A stretch of DNA of 64,000 nt from Octopus sinensis (lineage: Eukaryota). Below, piece after piece: positions 1 to 14,315 of this stretch. The notes under the pieces were generated by a model, which was not told where the DNA came from, searched no databases, and worked only from the letters and a program-made list of their open reading frames with translations. The position numbers and the translations under genes are program-made. Within the stretch, counting starts at the first letter, position 1; each line of letters opens with the position of its first letter. The stretch spans positions 40,796,001 through 40,860,000 of the forward strand of contig NC_043000.1 of the NCBI RefSeq assembly GCF_006345805.1, in the 5' to 3' direction.

Positions 1-1555
1 AGTCTCTGATAAAACACACTGGGAACTGTTTTTTTCTTCTTTTATCAGTAGTTGACCAGCAAAAAATTACAATCGACTCATTCGGTTCCAGTTTTGATAA
101 ACGACATATTGAAATTACATTAACAATTTTGTTTTTGGTGCATTTTCATTGGCAAACATTAGTTATAACATTAGTTATATAGATGATACGCCATCTAGCT
201 AGTCAGTGATCGCTGACCAGCCAAGACCAATGGCCGCACGACTTATTCCATTCGACTTCGGCTACGAATGCAACGATGACGACGACCACGACAGTTTCAG
301 GTCATTGAACGATGGCTACTATCATTACTGACCAAAGTCTCTTCTTTGTCCTTATTTGGGACTTTTATCATGTAACCAATTAAAATAGCCTACTGTCATA
401 TATCTAATCTAAGTAGATATGCCTACATAATCAGTCCAAACAGATATACTTGTATTAGGCATCGTCACGACACGTGGCCTAGTAGTTTGGATATTGCTCT
501 CGCGATTGCAAGATTGTGGATTCGATTCTCGGATCGGGCAGTGCGATGTGTTCTTGAACAAAACTCATTTCATATTACTCTGCGATCACTACGACATGTG
601 AACAGGCAACGTCGACTTGATAAGAGGGAGAGAGCTAATATGCTGCACAAACGTTTGATCACTATAAACGAATCATCAGTGCAGATTGTTCTGCAAAAAA
701 ATGCATAACCGTCTCTCTCAGATTCGAGAGACTACCATAAGACATCATTATATTTGGTTATATGAAGTATAACTATATAACAGTATGAATAGATATGCGG
801 TAGCGCATGGCTTAGTAGTTAGAGTGTTTCACCCACGATCGTAATATTATGGTTTCGATTCCTAAACCAGTTGATGCGTTGTGTTCTTGAAAAAACAGTT
901 TTCATTTCACGTTGCTCCAGCCCACGCAGCCGGTAAAAATGAGTAATTGTGGGACGTACTGCCGTTCCGTCCAGTAAGTCGGATGGAATTTAAACGTCAC
1001 TGAAGCCGAAAGACTGGCCTTATGAGACTATGGCTCTAGAAGGACTTTTGGCCCTTTTTATTTTATTTTATTTTATTTTTTGTGTGATAAATAGATATAC
1101 TTACATAAACAAAATACAATTTTATAATCAATCTAAATCGATATACGAAAACTAAAGGATAAAGATCCTTTCCGAATCATACATACTCATAGTGCCGGTT
1201 TCTCGGTTTCCGTGGCGCATATATTCCCCCTGGATAGGATGCTGCTCCCTCGCAGGATTACTTATTTTTACCACCTGACTGAACTAGAGGAACATGAGGT
1301 AAGTCTTTTGCTGAAGAATACAACACATCGCCCAGCCGAAAAATCGAAACTACAATCTTACGATCATGAGCCCAACACTTCTAACCACTAAGTTACACTC
1401 CTCAAGTCAATAAAGAACAGTTGTATAACAGTGTATATGTATGTATATCAGGCTAGGTATAATGTACAGTCATATGATCAGTATAAAAAGATGAACATAA
1501 AATAAGGGAAGTGAATAAAGTATAGATATATAATCGTATAGGTAGAGGTACTTAC

Positions 1556-1594
1556 GTTTTTCTTTTTCCATGCATTCTTCATCTTCACATTCCG
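1556..1594 (-). CDS. Micro-exon 26 (39 nt, phase 1-1), (T)ECEDEECMEKEK
   Basis: Acceptor ctcactttttttatag, donor gtaagt; open frame; two Cys. Confidence 0.8.
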
Positions 1595-3850
1595 CTATAA
1601 AAAAAGTGAGGGCAGAAACATTAAAAAACCACGTATGCTTAAATAAACAGGCGATTTACTTTACTGTAATCGAATTCGATATCCCTTGATTCTTGGGTTC
1701 AAATACCACCCAGGTCGAATAAGGTATTCGATAATATATATTAAAAGTGCTATATCCCGTGAAATCGCAAGGACAGTGAAATCGCCAAGATAGAGGACTA
1801 ATGTTCAAATCCCTATAGTGACAATGATGACTTTCATAATTAAGGTCGGAATAAAATAAATTAGATCGTAAAGAGATAACCAGATTACTTTAACTATTAA
1901 AATTATAAAGTTAATCAGTTTAGGAATGATTTAGAGGCGGTACTTAAATCTGATTCCAGTAGTATTAGAACAGGTTGATGTAAGATATATTTGATACAGT
2001 TTCCCTTAAGTGAAAGGTACCACAGATTATTATTACTAACTATATAATGTATAATACATCGTATAAAATAAAGTGTCTTGCCCAGAGATACCACAAACAC
2101 AAGACGCTTGCAATGCTAGTCTTTATCTCTTTTATCAAGGTTTCCTTTCTGACAGCATCATCGTGATGCACACAGATAGAACTCTTTTTCACCCCTATTC
2201 TGTCAACTTTGTTGTCCATAAAGTTTAGTTTTGCTACCTACAACCTATCAAAATCCTAACTGCTATCTACCTAAAATGCTGTTTTTTTTATGCTAACTAT
2301 ACCATCCTTCACTTGTCCCTAATACTCCCCGACCATGCATTATCCTCGTGCAAAATAGAAACTTCACGCTAAAGCTGCTCTGATTCCATAAATAGCGACC
2401 TCAAACATCTTCCAACAGAATCATACTAATTTTGATTCCTTCAATAACACAGGCATACAAAGAGTGCTATACATGAGCATTACACATCTAGATCCTTCAA
2501 GGTCACTACTAGAACATTCAAGGTCACTATCATTGAAGACATCTGGTTATTGTACACAAGCATAGCATATTGTACATCAACATAGCAACGACTGCATCAC
2601 AAAGACAGACTGCTTTAGGGCCAGGAAATACTTCGATCCCAACATCTACCAACCCTGTATAAAGCTCGCAAAGAAGTTCTACTACAACATCGACGGTGTT
2701 GCTACTACACGTTTATCCATCCATCCATCCATCCATCCATCCATCGGTCCGCTCGTCCGTACGTGCATATATACTTGTCGCATCCACAAAAAAGTCACCC
2801 AACTAATTGACATGAACTGGTCGACAGCGCTTAAATATCAAATCAATAGATATAATCTCTTTTCTTTGTTTTTTCTACTGTTACCACAATTGTCTCTGCA
2901 CTTCTGATCTAGTTATGGTACTCTTGATTCATTACTTTCTCCTCCTCTTGTTAACCATATTATGCCCCACCAGCCACCTTCTCGGGGCTTCGCATTAACC
3001 ACTACTCATGGACCTTTCTCTGTGATATAGATCAGATCTCTAAAACTCCATCTTTGTCTTTGTTATTTTTTGTACTTATAGCGTGAAGATGAATATATAC
3101 ACCCTCGATCTTACGAGGTTTGGATGTCTTGAGAAAACAATGCGTATAGCTTCTTCCAATGCGTGCTGCTCGGGACAGTCCTTGAGTTTGCCGAGCAACC
3201 TCGGGCCCTCAAACCTATACAGCAGATTAAAAAGAACCGCCCCTATAAAAGTGTGGACCTCCCCCTCGTCCCCTACCCTAGCTACGCTACTAGTTTCTTC
3301 CAGAGATACTACGGATATTAAGGATTTCTATACCTCATCCATGCTCAAGTCATGAACTGTGTTAAGAAGATTCGTTCTGGATTCTCGTTCTGGATTCTTT
3401 TGCTTGAGCTATTACTATATTTTATCGACTCCAGAAATAATGAAAAACCAAAGTTTAACTCGGCAGGATTCGAGCTTAGAACGCAAAAAGCTGAAACAAT
3501 TACCACAAGATACTTTGGCTTATGCTTCAATCACTCTGCTAATCCACCATACACACTAACCGCTAACCAGTAAACAGATATGAGCAATTTGTGGCGACGG
3601 ATGTGGTGTCTTGCGCATTTACTAACATCCCATTAAGTTTTAAGTTCGAATCACTCCGAGATCAACTTTGCTTTTTTACTCAATAAAATAAGTACAAGTT
3701 ATGTACAAAGATCGATATGATCGAGACTACACTTATTTCTTTTAATTCGAGACATTATAGTATGTTAAAAATTTAATAAACAAATATTAATTCTGTAATT
3801 AAAAAAGAAAAGAAAGAAAGTAGAAAACAAAATTAAATCAACTGAATTAC

Positions 3851-3886
3851 TTTCTCGAGTTAAGTCACACGAATCAGCACAAGAAT
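3851..3886 (-). CDS. Micro-exon 25 (36 nt, phase 1-1), xSCADSCDLTRE
   Basis: Acceptor ttttatttctatttgcag, donor gtaatt; two Cys. Confidence 0.75.
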
Positions 3887-4224
3887 CTGCAAATAGAAAT
3901 AAAACGAGAATTAAAACAAGAGAGAGAGAGGGAGAGAGAGAGAGAGAGAGAGAGGGGGAGAGAGAGAGAGAGTGGGAAGGAGGGAACGAAACTCGACTAA
4001 AATATTATATCCAGATAAACAACAAACAAAAACGGAAAAAGGGCAAAACAAAGCTGAATTCTTTAGGAATTTTGAGCTGGAAAGCAAAAAAATTGTCTAC
4101 CACACGACTGTATTTGAGAAAATGATAGTTTATTCTTGTGGATAAAGCTTATTGATAGAAGAGAATTTCCTTCCTTTTCTTGTTTCGTTGAAGAAAAAGT
4201 AAAAAAGTAAATTTACTTCATGAG

Positions 4225-4420
4225 TCACATAGACTCATAGAACCGGTTTCTCGGTTTCCATGGCGTACATATTTCCCACCTGGATGGGACGCCGGTCCGT
4301 CGCAGAGTTATTCATTTTTGCCAATTGAGTGGATTGAAGCAACGTGAAATGAAGTGTTTTGCACAAGAATACATAGTGTCGTCCTGTCCAGGAATCGAAA
4401 CCACGATCTTACGATCATCA
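4225..4420 (-). mobile_element. Third tRNA-SINE family (representative); others at about 470-570, 800-960 (+) and 1170-1400, 5330-5450, 45170-45310 (-)
   Basis: Shared gtggtttcgattcct..gtgttcttg..aaaacacttcatttcacgttgc block. Confidence 0.7.
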
Positions 4421-5114
4421 GAATTAGAGAAAAACTTATGTAAATTACTGGTTAGAAACGGAGTGTTTGTGAACCCACTTCGTTTTTCTCTTGATATATA
4501 TGTATAAAGGAAGGAGACCAATAAATAAAATTGTCCTTATCCTCAATAGTGGCGAAGATGCAGCCATGGAACAGCTGCATGTTAAATCAAATGGTATCTC
4601 TCATTCCTCTTGTCATGCTCTAACGACTCCTTGGCATCTAAGGAGACCTCCTAATGCCGAGGATCAACCGATTCTCATGGATTTTGCTGAATATGAACTT
4701 CTCCTCTCCTAATCACGTAGAACTCGTATCTAATGTTCTTGTACACCATGCATTTGATAATGGATCCCACCTCCTTCGATGCAGCGTTGCTCTTATCTAT
4801 TTGTGGAAGATGTTCTGCAGCTGGTAGACGATGTCAGTCGTCCAGCGACGAGAACCCCCGAGAATGTTTAATGTTTCTTTTCTCTTGAGCACGGATGACA
4901 CGTCCTCGCCAGAGGCCTCGCGGTCATTCTTGATCCTGAATGCAAAGGATCAAGCTACGATCCCTAAATTGCTGTGATGGATTGCTTGATCCATAAACAT
5001 GGGAAGCTTTTTCACTTTCAATGCCGAATTCGGACCTGCCGCATTGATACTGTCAATACATCTAAAAAAAAAAATAAAAGAAGCTAAATTTATGCTCAAG
5101 CTGCGTAACATTAC

Positions 5115-5147
5115 GTAAAGATTTGTTAATAGTATTCATTCGTAAAA
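5115..5147 (-). CDS. Micro-exon 24 (33 nt, phase 1-1), xLRMNTINKSL
   Basis: Acceptor cgttttcctttcag, donor gtaatg; NKS sequon. Confidence 0.55.
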
Positions 5148-6048
5148 CTGAAAGGAAAACGTTATACTCGAAGGTCACCGTTATATCGCTAATAAAATTA
5201 ATGTTATTTGCTTATTTTATTACTTTCGGCCATATAAGTTTTCGGAAGTTATTTATTTAGAAGATGTGACAGTTAGAAAGGAGTGAGTTCTGCATTAGGA
5301 GTCACTTGATATTCCTTTTCAGCTGAGTAACTTGAAATGATGTGCCCTGATAAAGGATACAACGCACCGCTCGGTCTAGAAATCAAACCTAACCTACGAT
5401 CTTATGATCGTGAACACAACACCATAACCACGAGATCATGTACCTTCACTATGAGAACCATAGTTACTGAGTAATCAACGAGTGGTGTGTGATCTTGCAG
5501 TGCTGACTTCAAAAACCGTATTGAAGTAGGTTGGGTAATAGGAAACTTTCAATGAATTTTCTTCTACGTATTACAAAGTATTTCAAATATTGGTTTTAAA
5601 TTTTGATACAAAGCCAGTAATTTCAAGTGAGAAGGTAAACTGATTATATCGACCTCAGTGCTCAACGGGTAGTTATTTTAACAACCCCGAAAAGATGAAA
5701 GGCAAAGTGAAACCCGATAGCATTTGAACTCAAAGCGTAAAGTCAGAAGAAACGCCGCTAAGCATTTTGTCTGGTGCAATGACGAGTTTGACAACTCGCC
5801 GATTTAAGTATTCCAAATAATGATTTCATACTTTGGCATAAGACCAGTAATTTAGGAAGAACGGTTGAGTCGATTACATGAACCCAATGCTAAACAGTAC
5901 TTATTTTATTAACACTGAAAGGATGAAAGGTAAAGTCGACCCATGCGGTATTTGAACTCAAAGCATAAAGTCAGAAGAAATGCCAATAAGCATTTTGTGC
6001 GGGGCGGTAGTGAACGATTCTGCCAGCTCGTGGGAATTCTACTAATCG

Positions 6049-6592
6049 GAGAAATTACGAGCCAGAAACTGGGGCCTGTGCAATCGTAGAAATTCTCCGA
6101 CATCCACTTCTGACTCTTCTCGTAGATAGGGCAAATACCCGAATCGTGTTACCACGCATATAGCTTTTCAGCAGCAAACTTCTCCAACCAGGATTTGGCC
6201 AGTCTTCAGCAGCTTTACATCACCGTCTTAATTGAGTGTAAGGCATTGCTAAAATACGTGGCGACATGACGTCACCTTCACTGGATACACACTAAAAAAA
6301 CCCATCCCAGTTTCAATTTTCATGATGTCCATGTCACGTCTTACAGCCTTTACAGTGTTCACAGAACATTGAGAATCAGTCACAATGTCGGCATTTTGAT
6401 AGCCAGAGCAAATGATCATAGTACAGGTAATTCGTTTCCAATATCCAAATGGCTTCCAGTCTGCCATGTCAGCTAACTGTCTACTATAAACTTTAATCTT
6501 TATTCTCTTCAACGCCGTTGACTGATCAGCAAACATGAAATTGTTCATGAAAAAGGAGACAAAATATCGTCAAAATTTGTCCGAACACCCTG
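6049..6592 (-). mobile_element. Tc1/mariner (DD37D/maT-like) relic, internally deleted
   Basis: Starts CAGGGTGTTCGGAC beside (TA)n; KSWLEK...KSQKWMSENFYD matches the catalytic-domain region; stops. Confidence 0.7.
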
Positions 6593-6643
<51 letters not shown>

Positions 6644-7173
6644 CAACCACACGCATCTGTGGACACATATACAGTGAACGAATAAATTAAAGAAAGTAGA
6701 CCTGAACGCATTGCTTGAAGGTCCATGGATAACTGTTTCGCTCAGCACCGCAAAACGTAAAGTTTCGTGGTTGTAGAACATATTCACATCTTTATCTGAT
6801 CATGTAGTTGTGTTAACACATACATACATACATACATACATACATACATACATACATACACACATACATACATACATACATACATACATACATACATACA
6901 TACATACATACATACATAGTGAAAAAGAGAACACCTATGCTGAGAAATCTGCAGTTACTCTATCCAGATTACAAATTCAGGTTTATATCTGTAATTATTG
7001 GGGCCCTGGGATAGGTAACATACTGCCTAAACACCAATCTTGAGAAATTAAGCTTCTTAAAACCAGAAAGGAGAAAGCTAATTCGAAGACTAAAGATCGA
7101 TTCCATCACTGGAACTGTAAAAATCTGTAAAACATTCCTGAAGTTTATCATTATATATATATGAGCATGTCTA

Positions 7174-7350
<177 letters not shown>

Positions 7351-7417
7351 CTAGATTAGAAACCGGTTCTTTCTCTACTGACAAGAAATCTTGAAATAAA
7401 CTGAATAATGACATACG

Positions 7418-7453
<36 letters not shown>

Positions 7454-7507
7454 TATATACGTTGTGCATACATACATACACACATGCATACAACATACAT
7501 ACATACA

Positions 7508-7542
<35 letters not shown>

Positions 7543-7566
7543 GTACGTTGTGCATACATACATACA

Positions 7567-7599
<33 letters not shown>

Positions 7600-7695
7600 G
7601 CATACACACAGACAGACAGACAGGCAGACATACATACGTATAAATGTGTATGACTAGGAGTAGAATATGCAATATTTGTAAGAGGAAAAGCCTAC

Positions 7696-7746
7696 CAGAA
7701 ACCTCCAGGATAAAATTCAACAGCATTGCGTTTTTGTAAGCATTTT
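7696..7746 (-). CDS. Exon 23 (51 nt, phase 1-1), (E)NAYKNAMLLNFILEVS
   Basis: Strong acceptor tattatttttctattgcag, donor gtaggc. Confidence 0.65.
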
Positions 7747-7779
7747 CTGCAATAGAAAAATAATAGAAACATGTTATTG

Positions 7780-9830
7780 TTATTAAGAGGAATGTTGTAA
7801 CTGTTCCATAGTTTATAATAATAGAAACACTGTAAAGGTAATACCAGCGGTGTAGCATTGCTGATGTAAATAACACCGAATTCACATTACTGATGTAGCG
7901 TTACTGATGTAATACTACTGACGTAACACGACCGAAATAACATTAATGATGTAAATAAAAACCAACTATATAACACAACTGTAAAATTATGCATGCAACA
8001 ATGCTGATGTAACACTATTGATCTAACAGCACTGATGTAATTCCACTGATGTATCATTCAGCGGGTCGCATGTTGCCAATGACTGGTGTATATCGATGGT
8101 CCTATATCAATGATATTACATCGATGACGTAACATTGATGACGTTAGATTGAGAGTATTTCATCGACAGTGTTATATCAAAAGTTTCAAGGTCAGTGATA
8201 TTGTGTCGATGGTGTTACACATCAGTGATGTTCCATCAATAATGTTACACCAAGAGTGTTACATAAATAATGTTCTGTTAGTGATATTACATTAACAGTG
8301 TTGCGTTACATTAAGGATATAGCGTCAATACTGTTACCACATTTATCTTATATCAGTTGTATTCTGTGAATGATATTCCATCAAGGAGTTACATCAATTG
8401 TGTTACTTCAATCCTGTTCCATAAATGGCGGTCTATTAATGGTGTCATGTATAACAATGACACTACATATTTGCTATTATATCGGCTGCATTCCATCAAC
8501 AGGGTTACCACGGTTGTGTTACATTAGTTATGTTCCTCGGTAGAGTTAAATCAATGTTGTTAGGCCTTAAGTACCACATTTGTGGTGTTACATCAATAGT
8601 GTTGCATCACTGGTGTTACATCGGTGATGTTAGGTAAGTTGTATTACATCGGTTGTGCTACATATATAGTGCTACATCAGGTGTTTATACCAGTAATATA
8701 TCACTGCTGCAATAAATAACACGAGGGATGTAACAATAATGTAACACCTGATGTAACACTACTGACACCATTGTTGTAGCTCTATCAACGTAACCCTACT
8801 AATATAACATCACTGATGTGACAGTATCGTTGTGACACCGAAGATGCAACACCACTTATCTAATACCACTGATGCAATACTACGGATGTTACACCATCGA
8901 TGTAACATCACCGATGTATCATCAATGATGTAACAGTAATAACGTAAAACCACTGAAGTGACAATGCCGGTGTAATATTACTGGTATAAACACCTGATGT
9001 AACACTACATATGTAACACTACCGATGTAATTCAACTTACCTAACATCACCGATGTAACACCAGTGATGCAACACTATTGATGTAACACCACAGATTTAA
9101 CTCTACCGAGGAACATAACTAATGTAACACAACCGTGGTAACCCTGTTGATGGAACGCAGCCGATATAATAGCAAATATGTAGCGTCATTGTTATACATG
9201 ACACCATTAATAGACCGCCATTTATGGAACAGGATTGAAGTAACACAATTGATGTAACTCCTTGATGGAATATCATTCACAGAATACAACTGATATAAGA
9301 TAATTGTGGTAACAGTATTGACGCTATATCTTTAATGTAACGCAACACTGTTAATGTAATATCACTAACAGAACATTATTTATGTAACACTCTTGGTGTA
9401 ACATTATTGATGGAACACCACTGATGTGTAACACCATCGACACAATATCACTGACCTTGAAACTTTTGATATAACACTGTCGATGAAATACTCTCAATCT
9501 AACGTCATCAATGTTACGTCATCGATGTAATATCATTGATATAGGACCATCGATATACGCCAGTCATTGGAAACATGCGACCCGCTGAATTTTCTGAATG
9601 GTACGCCTAACAAAAAGTTACTTTGAATTAATTTAGTAGTGTGATCTGCCTAATAATGAGTCATGTTTCATGCGGACCGCCTAATAATGAAGTATGTCTT
9701 ATGATACCCGCTTTTCGGAAAAGTCTATCTGTGCCTGATAGACATCATTGAGGTTTAATGCTATTGATAGAATACTGCCGATAAAAAAACTATTGATGTA
9801 ACACCATTGGTTAAAAAAACCCCACCAATG
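7780..9830. repeat. Degenerate ~14-bp satellite (ACTGATGTAACACC-like) containing a large palindrome
   Basis: Recurrent ctgatgtaac; arms 8056-8699 and 8975-9590 are reverse complements. Confidence 0.9.
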
Positions 9831-9971
9831 GTGCACTTTAGATGGTGCACTTTTGAAGAAATACTCGTTGACTCGAATCCTGTATAATTATGAAAAACAT
9901 GTTCTCCATTAAACTTGTACTACTTCTTTCATTTTAGTTATATAAACAAAGAAAATGCATAAAAAACTCAC

Positions 9972-9998
9972 CGTCTTTGTCACTTATGGATTCACTTT
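9972..9998 (-). CDS. Micro-exon 22 (27 nt, phase 1-1), (E)SESISDKD
   Basis: Donor ACG|gtgagt; acceptor ctaaattag has a weaker pyrimidine tract. Confidence 0.65.
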
Positions 9999-12305
9999 CT
10001 AATTTAGCATACCATATATGAAAAGAAACATCATGAACAAAATTAGTATTCTTTGGACAATACAGTAGTAATGAATTCAAACTTTAAGGCCTGATATTTA
10101 GACTTATGTAAGGGCATTCGATGCCAGAATTTTGTTTGACGCTCAAATAATTTCTAGCACAGGTACAATGGCTAAATATAACGACAGAGAAGGAACAGTC
10201 AACTAAATCGACAAGGAAAGTTATAAGATAATCTTTTCTCTAAAGGCACAAGGACCGAAATTTTGGGGGAGAGAGCCAGTCGATTAGATCGACCCCAGTT
10301 CACAACTGGTACTTAATTTATCGACCCCGAAAGGATAAAAGGCAAAGTCGAGTTCAGCGGAATTTGAACTCAGAACGTCAAGACAGACGAAATACCGCTA
10401 AGCATTTCGCCCGATGTCTAACGTTTGTGTCAGTTCGTCACTTGAGTCCATTAATAAAAATTCTTTTCTTTTCTACTCTAGGCCCGAATGTTTTTGGAGG
10501 GAGGGGGCCAGTCGATTAGAGCGATTCCAGTACGCAACTGGTACTTAATTTATCGATCCCGAAAGGACGAAAGGCAAAATTGGCCTCGGCGGAATTTGAA
10601 TTCAGAACGTTTCACCCGGCGTGCTAACATTTCTGTCAGCACGCTGCCTTAGGAAAAGTTAGATAATGTATCCTAGTAAGGGCGATAGATTGGCCCAATC
10701 TTTAGAATGTCGGTTAATTTGCTTTCTGGTATTTTCTGACTATTTACGTTCTGAGTTCAAACTTTGTCAAGGTCAGCTTCACTTTTCATTCTTCCGAATT
10801 CGAAAAAAATTAATTATTGGTCTTGATCCTGGACATGACTAGTATATATTTTCCTTGTCCAATATAAGACGTTTTGTTTGAAACTGTTTTGCATATTTAT
10901 TATCCAAATAACTCTCTACATATTACACTAAAATTAAATCAATTTTAAAAAAAAATTTGTCGTTAATTAAGTAATTCCACTTTTTACATCCACTAGTTTG
11001 CTAGTCGACAAGTGAAAACATGAGCAATCAACAAAGATAACAGACTGTATAAAAGACTTTAAGTTTTAGGAGATATTGATAACTAGCAGAACGGAGTAGA
11101 TCCTTAAATTTCAAAACCAGGGAAGGGACTGCATTAGCCGGTACTACCATATAAGACATCATTATTTTATGTCGCATATACTGCAGAAATAGTCAGTAGT
11201 AACCGTTAGAATATTGACAAAAGGCTACATATTTTGGTACATGGCTAGTAGTTTAGAGGGGAAGGGAGAAAGTCAATTTCATCGATCTCAATACTTATTT
11301 TATCGATCCTGAAAGAATGAAAGGCAAAGTCAGTATCGGTGGAAATTGAACTTAGAACGTAAAGACGGACGAAATGCCGGCAAGTATTTTCTCTGGCGTA
11401 CTAACGGTTCTGTCAGCTCGTTACCTAAATATTGATTAAAATTATCCTTTCTATTATAGGTATATTTCCTGAAACTTTCAAGGAAGAGGCTACTTCCAGC
11501 ACTCAACTGCGTCATAACTTTTGCCTATTTTTAAAAATCAATATTAGTTCTTGCCTCTAACAGCGAGCTGGCGGAATCGTTAGCACCGCGGACGAAATAT
11601 TCAGGTAATCTCGATTACGTTCTGACTTCATATTTCACCGAGGTCGACTTGACTTTTAAGGCGGGGAACTAGCAGAATCGTTAGCACACCGGGAAAAATG
11701 CTTAGCGGCATTTCATCCGTCTCTATGTTATGAGTTCAAATTCCACCGAGGTGGATTGATAAAATATGTACCAGTTGAGCACTGGAGTCGATGCAATCGA
11801 CTTACCCATTCCCCGAATTTGCTGTCCTTGTGCCAAAATTTGAAACCAATATCAGTTCTTGCTTTAAACCGGTGAGCTGGCAGAATCGTTAGCACTCCAG
11901 GCCAAATACTTAGCGGCATTTTGTCCGTCTTTACGTTCTGAGTTTATATTCTACTGAGGTCGACTTTGTCTTTCATTACTAGCCGTGTGCCAAAATTTAA
12001 AACCAATATTAGTTCTTTCCTTACAAAGACAATAACATTGCATATTAACTGGAAGAAGCAATGCAAAACTGAAATTATAGACATGCCCTAGAGGTTTTGA
12101 AAGTCTAACTTAAATAAATCGGTTAATACCGAAAATAAATTTGCTTTGCGATTACATGGGTCAGTAGTTTGATGCCCCAGTTTGGGCATCTCCTACTATT
12201 GACTTAGGTCTGTTAATGCCTTGATCTCTCAAATCTGTCGTATTCTACACTAAATAATTCGCATGATCCATTCTTTTCACAATTCGTATTGGTCTCTAGT
12301 TTATT

Positions 12306-12342
<37 letters not shown>

Positions 12343-13561
12343 ACACACACACACACACACACGCACATACTAACACATACACACACACACACGCACAAAG
12401 ACACACGTATGTATATTTGTTTCATTAAATACTCGACTACGTCCAAGTTTTAGGAATTCTGCTGTTTCAAACTAATTATAAAAAGCTAATAAAGATTACA
12501 TGAAAAATATAAACTTAAGAAAGAGATAATGAGGAAATAATTATCTCCCTTGTTATAACTATCCACTAGGGGACATCACTAAATGCAGGCATGACAAAAT
12601 TGTTAAGAAGTTTGTTTCACCATCATAGGGCGTGAGTTCAAGAAAACTGCGTGACACTACGGGCAAAGCTTTTCTACTTTAATTTCAGTTCGACCCAAAC
12701 CTTGTGAATGAGTGGATAGTCAGGGACTGGTTACCTATCAGATGTTGGCATTGTACATGTAATTCAAAGGTTCACCCTTATTGCACACTGCCACGCTGAT
12801 ACCTCTTAAGAATTGCGTTGATATTAGAAGTATGTGTGGAATACACTGCTCCTCTCCCACTAAGTTCAATAGATAGGCAGTTGAGTTAACCAAACAATGC
12901 AATACTCCTCAACGAAACCAACGATATATCTATAAAAAAAAAATTCTGCTTATTACTAATCCCAGTGGTCATTAAAGAAATTTCTTTAATTTGGGACAAT
13001 TTGATTTCTTTAAAGAACAAAAAGACACATTGACTATATATTGTAAAGAAAATAGCTATAAACTCCTCTGTTTACCTACCAAGGTACCTCCAAATCTTAA
13101 ATCTTACAATCTGCAATGAAATACCTTAGTAATCTCACATGTATAACATCATCTCAGATACATTACAAAATCTACGATAGACGTTCATGGCCTCGACATA
13201 GCTCATTGATAGCGTAAGAATATTTCAGCTACCATTGAAGACATTCCTCACTATGTATTTTTCTTATTCCACTCTTTCCAGAACTGCAACCATCTAAAAC
13301 TGTGCCTCGGCCCGAGTATTATCTGCAGTTATGAACCTACATATGTTCAAGGTTAACATCAACCTTATTGACTTCATTGCCCGCATTTCTGTCTGTCTGT
13401 TTGTCTGTCTGTCAGTCTCTGTCTCACTTTTTGTCTGTCTCCCCCTCTCTCGCTCTCTTTCTCAAGCACACACAGACACATTAGATAAGACTGCCATATG
13501 ATGTGTGTGTGTGTGGTGTGTGTGTGTGTGTGTGTGTGTGTGCCTGTGCGTATCAACTTAC

Positions 13562-13591
13562 CCTCTGAAATAGCAGGAGCAGTAGTTACAT
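13562..13591 (-). CDS. Micro-exon 21 (30 nt, phase 1-1), xVTTAPAISE
   Basis: Pyrimidine-rich acceptor ending ccaattctag, donor AGG|gtaagt. Confidence 0.8.
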
Positions 13592-14315
13592 CTAGAATTG
13601 GAAAAAAATATAACATCATAAGTTAGTTGTTAAAACAAAGATAAATAATAAATATTCCGTTAATAATGGTAACAGAATCGGTAGAATACCACAATAAATA
13701 CAGCGGGCAATTTTATTTTATTTATATATTTTAGCAAGCCTCTTTACGTTCTGAGTTCCAGCTTCCCCGGAATCAATTTTGCATTTCATCTTTTTGGATA
13801 TTAAAATTATTATAAGTAAATTAATAGAACCAATCACAGGGAGAGTATATCGCTCAAAATATACAGACCTTAACCTTTAGCGGAAATAGATATTTTCGTA
13901 GAAAAATATATAATATTGCAATAAGTTGTGACTACAATAAGGAATCAGTTCCTGATAGAAAATATTTTACTTCAATTGCACCATTTATGTCATGAGAAAA
14001 AGAAAATTACAATCACAATTCCTATTCATCACTATTGGTATTTCGTGGACACGTCACAAAAGACAGCACTACTTTATTTTGTTAGGTCAATGATCTTTTT
14101 TTCCCTTTCTACTCAAGGACTGAATTTTTTAGAGAAGAGGGCCAGTCCATTACATCAACTTCAGCACTCAACTGTTACTTACTTTATCGACCCGGAAAGG
14201 ATAAAATGCAAAATCGATCTCGCCGGAATTTGAACCAGAACGTAACACCGGAAAGAAATGTCACTATGCCTTTTGTCAGATACTCTAACGACTCTGCCAG
14301 TTCAACGCCTATTTG

